Below, piece by piece: positions 18,324 to 26,778 of a stretch of DNA of 61,902 bases. This DNA is from Deltaproteobacteria bacterium (GTDB lineage: Bacteria; Myxococcota; B64-G9). A model generated the notes under the pieces. The model made no database searches and was not told the DNA's origin. It was given only the letters and a program-made list of their open reading frames with translations. The translations under genes were made by a program, and so were the position numbers. The DNA lies in assembly GCA_030622135.1 (NCBI GenBank), contig JAUXGL010000003.1, positions 1 to 61,902 on the forward strand, in the 5' to 3' direction. Position 1 is the stretch's first letter; each line of letters opens with the position of its first letter.

Positions 18324-19352
18324 TCATTCCATGCCCTCCAGCAGGCTGGAGATTTCTTCAGGTGAGGGCAACTGGCCTTTTAGCTCCTTGGGTAAACGCT
18401 TGATGGTGCGATAGGTCGCGACGCCAACGGGTTTGCGGGCATCGTGCAAGGCGTATTCGACTACCGTCCGGTTTTTTTCTTTGCAGAGTATGATGCCGAT
18501 GGATGGGTTTTCGTCTTCCATGCGCACCTGGCGGTCGAGGGCGGCGAGGTAGAATTGCATCTTGCCCACGAACTCGGGCTGGAACTTGCCGATCTTGAGC
18601 TCGATGGCGACCAGGGCCTTCAAGCGGCGGTGGTATAGCAACAAGTCAATGAAGTATTCGTCGCCGTCCACCTCCAGCCGAAACTGGCTGCCCACGAAGG
18701 CAAACAACCCACCCATGGTGCGAAGGAAATCCTCGATACGGGCAATGAGTGCGCGTTCTAGCTCGCGCTCGGAATGTTCCTCGCCAAGTTCCAGAAAATC
18801 GAAGGTGTATTCGTCCTTGACGGCAAGTTTTGCCTGCGCTTGAAGCTCCGGGGTGAGAGCCTGGTCGAAATTGGTCTGGCCGAGCAGTGTCTTCTCGTAG
18901 CTTTGGTTTTCAACCTGATGCAGCAGGACATTCCTGGACCACCCGAATTTGCGGGTCATGCGGAGGTAGAACTCCCGTTCCTGCGGGTCTGAACAACGCT
19001 GCAAAATAACGAGATTGTGGCTCCAGCCGATTTCTCGCACAAGCAGTGCGAGTTTTTCAGAATCTGTGTACGCTTCGAAAAAGGCCTTCATGCGCCAGAG
19101 GTTGGAGGTGGAAAAACCGCCAACTCCGGGGAATTCAGTTCGCAAATCCTTGGCCAGTTGTTGAACAACCGACTTGCCCCATGTATCTCCGGCCTGCCGC
19201 TCCAGGATCAGCTTGCCGATATCCCAATACAGGCCGACCAGCTCGTTGTTGACCATCTTGAGAGCTTGATACTGGGCGGCACGGACTCGCTCTTTGATCT
19301 CGATCAGCAGGCCTGCGTAGTCTGCGGGAAGCTGGAGTGAGTTTTTGCTCAT
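18324..19352 (-). CDS. DUF1016/YhcG-family PD-(D/E)xK nuclease
   Basis: 342 aa from the ATG at 19352. Family-typical LVGLYWDIG, GFS.SNLWRMKAFF, SWSHNLVIL, and the core FIDLLLYHRRLKALVAIELKIGKF. ATGA overlap with the upstream gene. Confidence 0.85.
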   Translation of the reverse strand: MSKNSLQLPADYAGLLIEIKERVRAAQYQALKMVNNELVGLYWDIGKLILERQAGDTWGKSVVQQLAKDLRTEFPGVGGFSTSNLWRMKAFFEAYTDSEKLALLVREIGWSHNLVILQRCSDPQEREFYLRMTRKFGWSRNVLLHQVENQSYEKTLLGQTNFDQALTPELQAQAKLAVKDEYTFDFLELGEEHSERELERALIARIEDFLRTMGGLFAFVGSQFRLEVDGDEYFIDLLLYHRRLKALVAIELKIGKFQPEFVGKMQFYLAALDRQVRMEDENPSIGIILCKEKNRTVVEYALHDARKPVGVATYRTIKRLPKELKGQLPSPEEISSLLEGME

Positions 19353-19810
19353 CCCACCAACTCCTCGAAGTTGGCGGTGATGGTCTTCGCCAGTTCCGTC
19401 GCTTCCTCGCGGGCGTGGTCGATGACGCGGATCGTGAGCTTCTGCACCTCGTTGATCTGTTTTCGTAGCGAGGCGAAACGGGTAACAAAGGGCAAGAAGC
19501 TCTCGTGGAGTGCCCGCTGCTGGGCGTTGGTTGTCTTGGTGCCCGCGCCTTTCTTGCCGGCCCAAGTCTGCAAGTCCTTGAACAGCGTAATTCGCTCGGA
19601 CGTGAAGGTGACGATCGTTTCGGTTCGCTTCTTCTGGATAGCCTTGAAGTAGAACACCGCGACATCATCGACCCCGTCAGCAGGGTCGTGCTCAAGTACA
19701 ACACGCTGAACCTTGGAGCCTTCTCTGAGAAGCTCTGCGGCTTGGCGCCAGAAGAACAGACCCTGGTAAACATCGCCTTCCGTACGTGAACCTACCTGTC
19801 CGAGCGCCAT
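19349..19810 (-). CDS. small DUF4297-like PD-(D/E)xK nuclease-domain protein
   Basis: 153 aa. EGDVYQGLFFWRQAAELL...VVLEHDPADGVDDVAVFYFKAIQKK resembles the N-terminal nuclease core of DUF4297/Cap4-type endonucleases. The TGATG junction overlaps the upstream stop by 1 nt. Confidence 0.5.
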   Translation of the reverse strand: MALGQVGSRTEGDVYQGLFFWRQAAELLREGSKVQRVVLEHDPADGVDDVAVFYFKAIQKKRTETIVTFTSERITLFKDLQTWAGKKGAGTKTTNAQQRALHESFLPFVTRFASLRKQINEVQKLTIRVIDHAREEATELAKTITANFEELVG

Positions 19811-21405
19811 CACGCACCTCCTGTCGGAAGCTCTTCGGCCAGGCGCGCGAAGAGCTCGATGCAGGCAAAGCAAATCGATGCGGCGTAGGCCGTGGTCAGC
19901 TTGTCCTCGAGGTGTTGACCCAGATCGCCGGCGCTCTTGACGTGCTCGACGAGAATGTAGCTCGACCGCGTGACATGCTTGGCGACCGTGGGTAGGTTGC
20001 CGTACCCACCTGTAATCTCCCGGAGGACCGCACACTGTTGTCCGTCTTGCTTCGGGAACACTCGTTGCGTGCGTTCGATCGGCTTGACCCCGTCCTTCTC
20101 TTCGCCTTTCCAGGTGTCGATCCAGGACTGCGGCCACTTACCAGCATCCAGCTCTGCATCCCAGATGAGCTCAAGCGCCCGACGCGAGATGAGCCGGATC
20201 GAGTTGAGTGTCTCCGCTGGTCCCACCGCCAGCTCCCGGGTGGCTCGCTCGACATAGCCTCGAAGCTTCGCGTCCCCCCCAGGCACTTGCGCCAGTCGGA
20301 GTTCGAGAACTCGTTGGATCTGTTTGGCGTACAGGTCTTCTGTCAGAAACAGCCTCTTGAGCTCGACCGCTTCACTACCATGGCGGAGTGCCATCTTCTC
20401 CATGAAGCGGCAGTTCAGCTTGGGCTTCCTGCTCGGCGTGAGAAAGCCACGCTGGGCGCCAAACAGAGCACGGTCCTGCGGAATCGAATCCGCAGCGGGT
20501 TGTTTGGCGGCGAGCGCATGAAGGTCTCCGCGCACCTCGATCGGGCAGTCATCCCACAGGTGTTGGAGCAGTGCGTAGGCGCCGCCGGCGATGGCCTCCG
20601 CTTTCTCGTTCACTGCTTGTCCATCGATTTTCGAGCCGGAGCCAGCGGTTTCAACGAGACCACGGCACAAAAGGGCAACCAGAGCTGGGTGACCACCGGA
20701 CCAGTTGAAGATCTCCTTGCGCGCCGACGTGGCAAGATTCTCGACGTGAGCGGCGAGCGGAGCCAGGACCATGTCCTGTTCGTTCTCTTCGAATGGCTCC
20801 AGCACAACCACGGGATCTGCAAAGATGTTCCAGAACTCCGAAGCCAGCGAGTCGGGGTTGTTGCAGAGATCCTGAATTCGACGCCTTGTTCCTGTCACAA
20901 AGGTGCATGACGACTTCAACCCGATTTCACGTAGATAGTCCCAGAGGTTACGGCTGATCGTCGGAGAGCTGAGGACGTGATCGAGCCCGTCCATGATCAC
21001 CAGAAGCCGACCGGTGTCAGTGAGGTAGTCGAAGACCCCCGCCAGCACCTGCGGGAGATCCTCTTCGGTTGTTTCGAGGTCGATCAGTTCAGCGGATTCA
21101 TCGTTCGCATTCTTCAGAGCCGCGTGCACTTCATCGAGGAGTCTTTGACGAAACTCGTGATCCGTTCGAGGCGTATGGTAACGCAGGTCTAGAAAGGCCG
21201 ACGTAACATAGCCGCCGCGCTCAGGACCCACGACGCCGGCGAGATGGTGGAGGAAAGTGGTCTTGCCGATGTACGGCGCTCCAACCATGGAGATGTGGTC
21301 GCCTGTCGCCTTGCCGATTCTGCTCAGGACTGCATTCAGCACCTTCTGACGGCCGAGCATAGGTACCTGAGGAGCATTGGCCAGCGGGTAGAGGTCTTTG
21401 GTCAT
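19810..21405 (-). CDS. NACHT-like STAND P-loop NTPase with helical C-terminal domain
   Basis: 531 aa from the ATG at 21405 (ATGA overlap with the upstream gene). Walker A GAPYIGKTT and Walker B LLVIMDGLDHV (NACHT-style DGLD), followed by a helical C-terminal region. Confidence 0.7.
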   Translation of the reverse strand: MTKDLYPLANAPQVPMLGRQKVLNAVLSRIGKATGDHISMVGAPYIGKTTFLHHLAGVVGPERGGYVTSAFLDLRYHTPRTDHEFRQRLLDEVHAALKNANDESAELIDLETTEEDLPQVLAGVFDYLTDTGRLLVIMDGLDHVLSSPTISRNLWDYLREIGLKSSCTFVTGTRRRIQDLCNNPDSLASEFWNIFADPVVVLEPFEENEQDMVLAPLAAHVENLATSARKEIFNWSGGHPALVALLCRGLVETAGSGSKIDGQAVNEKAEAIAGGAYALLQHLWDDCPIEVRGDLHALAAKQPAADSIPQDRALFGAQRGFLTPSRKPKLNCRFMEKMALRHGSEAVELKRLFLTEDLYAKQIQRVLELRLAQVPGGDAKLRGYVERATRELAVGPAETLNSIRLISRRALELIWDAELDAGKWPQSWIDTWKGEEKDGVKPIERTQRVFPKQDGQQCAVLREITGGYGNLPTVAKHVTRSSYILVEHVKSAGDLGQHLEDKLTTAYAASICFACIELFARLAEELPTGGA

Positions 21406-24400
21406 GATTCCGATCTCCCTTCCTGTACCGCGAGCTTGAGCAGCTCCCTGCGGTCGACGTTCCGCTCGATCCACAGACCCATGAGTGGGACCGTGAGCCG
21501 ATAGACATGGAAGGTGCCGTCCGGCACCTGTGAGATCAGCTCCAGCTCCCTCAGGTGATCGAGGTCATCGCGTAGGCCCTCGACGCTCACGACGTCGCCA
21601 TAGCCAAACCCGGAGCCATCACCACTTCCGCTGCCGTATCCGGAGCCATCGCCAAATCCGGAGCCATCACCGCTCCCGCTGCCGTATCCGGAGCCATCGC
21701 CGTATCCGGAGCCATCGCCGCTCCCGCTCCTGCTCCTACCGCCGAATACATCGTCATAACCGTAACCAATACGAGCGGCCTCGAGCTGGTTCTGCAGCAA
21801 ATCGAAGGTGACGGGATCCGGACCATCCTGGAGGTCGTGGCACAGTTGAAGGACGTACCGTGTGCGCTCCGAGCCAGCATAGCCCCACAGCGTGCGAAAG
21901 TGCTCATTGTCACGGATCATGTCCTCGACTGCGGCATCCACCTGCTTCTTCGAAACGTGACGGACCTCCTCCGCTACGGCCCTATCGAACACCCGAGCGC
22001 ACAGGAGTTGGATGAGGAAGGGATGACGTGCACACAGGGTGGTGATCCGCTCGATGGCGTCTGGTTGGTAGGCCAAGCGACCAGCGACAGGCTTTTGGAC
22101 AAGATCCTCCGCGGCACCTTGCGGGAGGACGGTCACGGAGATTGCGAAACCGAAACCAAACAGTACGTTCCAGTACTCCTCGCGCAGCCTTCGGATCCGT
22201 CGTGAGCCGGTGAGAATGCCTGCCATGCCGGTGTTGTTCTGGAACAGGTAGCGGATGTTCTCCGGTACCTGCGGGCTGGTGACGCCTGAGTCGATACCCT
22301 CCTGTAACTTGTCGAACTCATCGAGCATCAAGAGCAGGCGCCTCGGCGCAACGGCATCGACGGCCACGGCTACCAGCGAATCCAGCGATGTGAATGCAGC
22401 TCGCTCCCTAAACCAGGCATTCACCAGGCTGGGCAGCTTCATGTGTACAAAGGCCTTGCGCTTCTTGTCCGGCCACTGGAGCAAATCGTCGGGCGTGCCG
22501 GGGATGGGGAGTGGATATCCAGCGAGGGCACAGTCTCCCGCAAGCGCTCGGCCAATCGTCTTGAAGACCTCGTCGGTGGGAACGCCAACCTTCGTGCTGT
22601 CACCGGCCGAAGCCTGAAAAGAACAGTACACCGGGACGTGGGACGGGAGTGTATCTGGCCGTTGCAAGCTTTTGAGGATAGAGGTCTTGCCGGTCCGCCG
22701 GTTGCCTTCGAGCAGGATGACGTTCGCGACCCCGTCCTGGCTGAGATGCAGCCGCATCTTGTCGAGGATGTCTTCTCGACCGAAAAACATCTCGGGCCTA
22801 TCAACAGGGTTTCCCACGATGTAAGGGCTCGAACCCATCGCTTCGGGCTCAGTGTCCTTGGCTGCGTGGTCTTTAGCCTCGCCGAGGCTCAGGTCGACGG
22901 TGACCTCCCCCTTGACGGGCTCGAGCGTAGCTGTTGTCCCCTTCCAGGACAGCGTGGCTCGAAACGAATCATCGAGTTCATCGGGGATGCCGATCACGTA
23001 GCGCTCTTCCTGCTCTCCAAGCAGCATATCCTCAGAGATCTTGCGCAAAAGCACGGAAGGCGAAGCGCTCAAGGCTGCTTCGATCCGCAACAGGGGCGCA
23101 GAACCCGCATTGCGTACTCCGATCGTTACCGTTCGTCCAAGCTCCGGCGTCTCAAAGAGCACGCCTTGTTTCACCGTCGGGCCGGGGTCAGGCATCTCAA
23201 AGAGTACGTTTTGCCTCGAGTGGGAATTCGGATGGATCTGGAAAGCCTCGATAGCTACATCGCGTACCAGCGAGCGGCTTGCGTGGATCAACAGGAACCA
23301 TGCCGAGTCCAGCGCTCGCTCCAGACCTCGGCTGTGTGCCCGGAGGCCCTCGGGAATGGACCGGCTGGCCTCCTTCAGGGCCGTAACGACGGCCGATTGG
23401 GCGGACACTTGAATGGGCACAGCGGAGGGGGCCACCACATCGGTCGCCACACCCGCCAGACCATCAGCGATCGGATGTAGCGCACTCACCCAGCTCGAAA
23501 TCTCATCGCCGATGTGGAGCCGGATCGGATCGTCCGCCGCAGCGAGCGCACGTGTAAGCCCCTTACCGAACAGCCGGAGCACCGCGACGGGGTCTTCTTG
23601 GGTCTCCGCAGTGCGCGCGTGGGCGAGCGCGTTTCTCAGTTGGCGGACCGCCTGCACAGCGGGGTCAGATTCCAAGTAGGTAACCACCGGGTGAGTGTCT
23701 TCGGTGAGAACCAAGCGAAGCAAAGCGAGAGCGTCGCCTCCGCGATTCTCGATGGCGTCCGCGATGCGCTCCTGGATCGGGATCGGTGGGCGGGGCAGTC
23801 GGATACGCTTGAGAACCGATAGCGAGAGATGTTGAACAGCGATGCCACGGGCCTGAGACTTCATTAGCTCTTGAAGAGCTGGCGATCGCAATAGCCCACC
23901 CAGGTAACGACTGGACACACCCTGCCGCGGCCGAACGACGATGACACCGTTGGTGGCGATGCACCCGACGCTTCCATTGGTTACCGTTCCAACCCGGCCG
24001 ATGCTGCCTGAAGTGGTCACCACGAGGTCGCCCAAGCGCAACACCTGTCCCTCTTTGGCTCGCTGCACAAGCTCTTGGCGTGCGAAAAGCGATGGGGACT
24101 GCACTCGCCGTTCGTTGACATCGCGCACACGGATCAGGCCTCGGGTTTCCTCGGCTGCGTTGATGTCCTCGGTTGTCTTTGCGCGTGTGTAGCCCAAGCC
24201 GTTGCTCAGAGACGCCATCTCGCCCAAGGACACTACATCCACGTCGTCGAGCTGTTCGAGCTCTGTCAGGGTGACCTGAAGCTCTTCTTCCGCCGCAGAC
24301 GGTGCGATGAGGTTCCAGTCGTGTTCGGCAAGCTCTGACAAGCCAACAACGCGAACGGGACCGTCTGTAGATTCACCTCGGACCCAAGAGATAATCCTGT

Positions 24401-25598
24401 CGAGGTCGCGGTCCAGGTTGAGTGTCTCTCCAAGTACGTTAAGATCGACAAAGCGTACCTGCTTTGCGCTGCCGGTCTTGGAGAGCACCAACAGGGAGAT
24501 CTGAACGCCGGTGTAAGGCAGAAAAGACCCGGTGGGCAGTTGGAGAACGGCTTCGAGGTGATGGTCCTCGATCAGCCACTGCCGCAAGGCCTGTTCCGCG
24601 CCGCCACGAAAGAGAAGCCCGTTCGGCACGGCAACGACAGCTCTTCCCCCAGGACGAAGCGAAGCCATGGCGAGTTGGAGAAAGGTCGCCTCCAATGTGT
24701 TTGTCTTGAAGGGGAGATGCTCGTGTACGGTGGCTTCGCGCGGGCTGCGCTTGCCCCAGGGCGGTACCGCAACCACCACGTCGAAGCGCTGGGCATGTCC
24801 ATTTTCCAGCGGGCGCTGAAGCGCATCTCCGAGAACAAGGCCCGGGTGGTGAACGCCAGCCAGCAGAACTCGTACAAGGCCGATGAGGTGAATGGCGGGC
24901 GAGATCTCCACACCGAAAACGCTCTCTGCCTGAACGCGCTCCCATAACTCGGCAGTGTGAAACTCCGCTGATTGCTGCAACTTGTCGATGCACCGGATGA
25001 GGACCTCCCCCGAACCAAAACAAGGGTCAAAGATCCGTTCACCAGGCGCGGGCGCCGCAAGGCGTGCCATTAGCTCTGCCACCGCCGGAGGGGTCGCATA
25101 GGCTCCACTGTAACGAGACTTGGCGACAGTCTTTCGAAGCAGGTCTCCAAATATCTCGCCGGCGCGTCGCTGGTCAGCATTGGTCTCAAAGGGCAGCTCG
25201 GCCACGGCCTGTAGCAGGTCTTGGAGATCACCGTGTGAGCTGAGCGCATCTTTGATGCTTGGATGCGAAAAATCGACAGAGAGGACGTCGGGGCGTGCTT
25301 CAGCCAGGGCGGGCACGAGCTTGTCTTGGACGTAACCCGCGAGATCAGGTCCCTGCAAGCCGGACCAGGTGTCCCATGCGAGTTCACGCGGCAGCATGTG
25401 CTCGTAGTTCTCGTCGTTGAAGAGCGCGATAGCCTCGCGCTCGGCATCGATCAGGTCGACCCAGCGCAGCAGAAGCAACACCGCCAACTGCGGCAGGGTC
25501 TCGGTCCACGGGTCGACGGCGTTGCCCCTGCGGGCATCGGCCGCCGACCACAAAGCGTGGCTGAGCCTGTCTTCGATGCTGGTGGGGGTGGGCTGCAT
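21402..25598 (-). CDS. fusion protein: HsdM-like N6-adenine methylase module + single HsdS-type TRD + STAND/Arch-type ATPase + low-complexity G/S/D/Y insert
   Basis: 1398 aa from the ATG at 25598. HsdM_N-like LWSAADARRG..LLLLRW. Motif I FDPCFGSGE (25005-25031). Motif IV reads VPPW. TRD-like LGEMASL.NG..., ...ATNGVIVVRP, ...HLSLSVLKRIRLPRPPIPIQERI. FFGRE + Walker A GNRRTGKTS (22680-22706). Walker B LLLMLDEFD (22311-22337). Confidence 0.8.
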   Translation of the reverse strand: MQPTPTSIEDRLSHALWSAADARRGNAVDPWTETLPQLAVLLLLRWVDLIDAEREAIALFNDENYEHMLPRELAWDTWSGLQGPDLAGYVQDKLVPALAEARPDVLSVDFSHPSIKDALSSHGDLQDLLQAVAELPFETNADQRRAGEIFGDLLRKTVAKSRYSGAYATPPAVAELMARLAAPAPGERIFDPCFGSGEVLIRCIDKLQQSAEFHTAELWERVQAESVFGVEISPAIHLIGLVRVLLAGVHHPGLVLGDALQRPLENGHAQRFDVVVAVPPWGKRSPREATVHEHLPFKTNTLEATFLQLAMASLRPGGRAVVAVPNGLLFRGGAEQALRQWLIEDHHLEAVLQLPTGSFLPYTGVQISLLVLSKTGSAKQVRFVDLNVLGETLNLDRDLDRIISWVRGESTDGPVRVVGLSELAEHDWNLIAPSAAEEELQVTLTELEQLDDVDVVSLGEMASLSNGLGYTRAKTTEDINAAEETRGLIRVRDVNERRVQSPSLFARQELVQRAKEGQVLRLGDLVVTTSGSIGRVGTVTNGSVGCIATNGVIVVRPRQGVSSRYLGGLLRSPALQELMKSQARGIAVQHLSLSVLKRIRLPRPPIPIQERIADAIENRGGDALALLRLVLTEDTHPVVTYLESDPAVQAVRQLRNALAHARTAETQEDPVAVLRLFGKGLTRALAAADDPIRLHIGDEISSWVSALHPIADGLAGVATDVVAPSAVPIQVSAQSAVVTALKEASRSIPEGLRAHSRGLERALDSAWFLLIHASRSLVRDVAIEAFQIHPNSHSRQNVLFEMPDPGPTVKQGVLFETPELGRTVTIGVRNAGSAPLLRIEAALSASPSVLLRKISEDMLLGEQEERYVIGIPDELDDSFRATLSWKGTTATLEPVKGEVTVDLSLGEAKDHAAKDTEPEAMGSSPYIVGNPVDRPEMFFGREDILDKMRLHLSQDGVANVILLEGNRRTGKTSILKSLQRPDTLPSHVPVYCSFQASAGDSTKVGVPTDEVFKTIGRALAGDCALAGYPLPIPGTPDDLLQWPDKKRKAFVHMKLPSLVNAWFRERAAFTSLDSLVAVAVDAVAPRRLLLMLDEFDKLQEGIDSGVTSPQVPENIRYLFQNNTGMAGILTGSRRIRRLREEYWNVLFGFGFAISVTVLPQGAAEDLVQKPVAGRLAYQPDAIERITTLCARHPFLIQLLCARVFDRAVAEEVRHVSKKQVDAAVEDMIRDNEHFRTLWGYAGSERTRYVLQLCHDLQDGPDPVTFDLLQNQLEAARIGYGYDDVFGGRSRSGSGDGSGYGDGSGYGSGSGDGSGFGDGSGYGSGSGDGSGFGYGDVVSVEGLRDDLDHLRELELISQVPDGTFHVYRLTVPLMGLWIERNVDRRELLKLAVQEGRSES
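21597..21743. repeat. in-frame 48-nt tandem repeat (about 2.75 units) encoding SGSGDGSG(Y/F)GDGSGYG
   Basis: The peptide GGRSRSGSGDGSGYGDGSGYGSGSGDGSGFGDGSGYGSGSGDGSGFGYG is read directly from the ORF. The DNA shows repeating ccggagccatc(a/g)cc units. Confidence 0.85.
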
Positions 25599-25602
25599 GG
25601 TC

Positions 25603-26778
25603 TCAGAGCTCTCCCGCAAAGGCTTTGCGGAGGATGGCTGCGCGGAAAGTTGCCGAATCATCAATGCCGTACTCTTTGCAGAGCGCAGTTGACGCTCGCC
25701 AAGCCTCGTCCAAGCGCTCGATCAAGACTTGTTGCACTGCTAGTTTGGGAACTGGAATCTCGACTGACCGAAGCCTTTTTCCAGAGATCTTCACCATGCT
25801 CTGGCTACTACCCGTTGCTCTTTCTTGAATCTGTTTGCGAGTGTCAGGAAATCGCAATGTATACATTAGGTACTTAGGAAGAATGATCGCATCATTTGCG
25901 CAGAGACGAATCATCAAGTCTGGATAGATAACTCGGTCTTCGACTGCGGCCTCAGCAATAGCCGATAACCCGACGAATTCGACAGTGTTGGCGCGCGAAA
26001 TGAATACGTCGCCAATAGCAACTTGGTATTTCTTGGCAACTCCGTCATCCATTTCGACCCACTTGAACTTTGACACGTCCAGATGTGGTTCGCGTACAGA
26101 TGCCAACGTCAGGATGCGCCCTGTCCCATGATCGCCCAATGATTTGATTGACCTGCCGTTTCGACTGTCGACCAGGATGTTGTCCATGGTCATCATGTTC
26201 GTTCCGGCATCAGTCTCCGCGCGATGCAGAAAGGAGCCGAATAGCGCCTTTGCCTCATCTTCTGCCTTATTGCGCAACCTCCGCAGCTCATCCACTCGCT
26301 CCATGGCATCACGAATTCGCGTCACGATGCGCTGTTGTTCATTGAGTGGGGGAGTGGGTATCTCAATCGACTCCAACTTCCCCTTTGTTATGTGTCGCAA
26401 TCCGACCCCGCCATGGGCCAGCTCGATCATCTCATCAAGCTGGGAGTTGACCGCATGCAAGAAAAACAGTGGGAGTATTCTCTTCGGGTCAACAAGGACT
26501 TTGAAGATGTGTTGATTGAGGACGGCATTACCGCCATGCCATTGGAAACACCCAAACGACGTGCCAGGCGTGCCCGACCATGAAAGCAGAATGTCACCGC
26601 TTTCGATAATGTGCTTATCCTTGACCTCTCCATTGTAGCGATTGAACGGCTTTGATGGATTGTTGAGGTTCTGTATCCGGACGATCTTCAGTCCTTCTTT
26701 GGTCCAGTCAGATGGCTTGAAGGCTCGTCCGTTGACAAGGTCGCATAGGTCACCAATGTGGGTACGCCTCCAGTTCAT
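25603..26778 (-). CDS. hsdS: type I restriction-modification specificity subunit
   Basis: 391 aa with two TRDs separated by the conserved spacer PPLNEQQRIVTRIRDAMERVDELRRL. C-terminal conserved helix ...AILRKAFAGEL. ATGA overlap with hsdM. Confidence 0.9.
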   Translation of the reverse strand: MNWRRTHIGDLCDLVNGRAFKPSDWTKEGLKIVRIQNLNNPSKPFNRYNGEVKDKHIIESGDILLSWSGTPGTSFGCFQWHGGNAVLNQHIFKVLVDPKRILPLFFLHAVNSQLDEMIELAHGGVGLRHITKGKLESIEIPTPPLNEQQRIVTRIRDAMERVDELRRLRNKAEDEAKALFGSFLHRAETDAGTNMMTMDNILVDSRNGRSIKSLGDHGTGRILTLASVREPHLDVSKFKWVEMDDGVAKKYQVAIGDVFISRANTVEFVGLSAIAEAAVEDRVIYPDLMIRLCANDAIILPKYLMYTLRFPDTRKQIQERATGSSQSMVKISGKRLRSVEIPVPKLAVQQVLIERLDEAWRASTALCKEYGIDDSATFRAAILRKAFAGEL

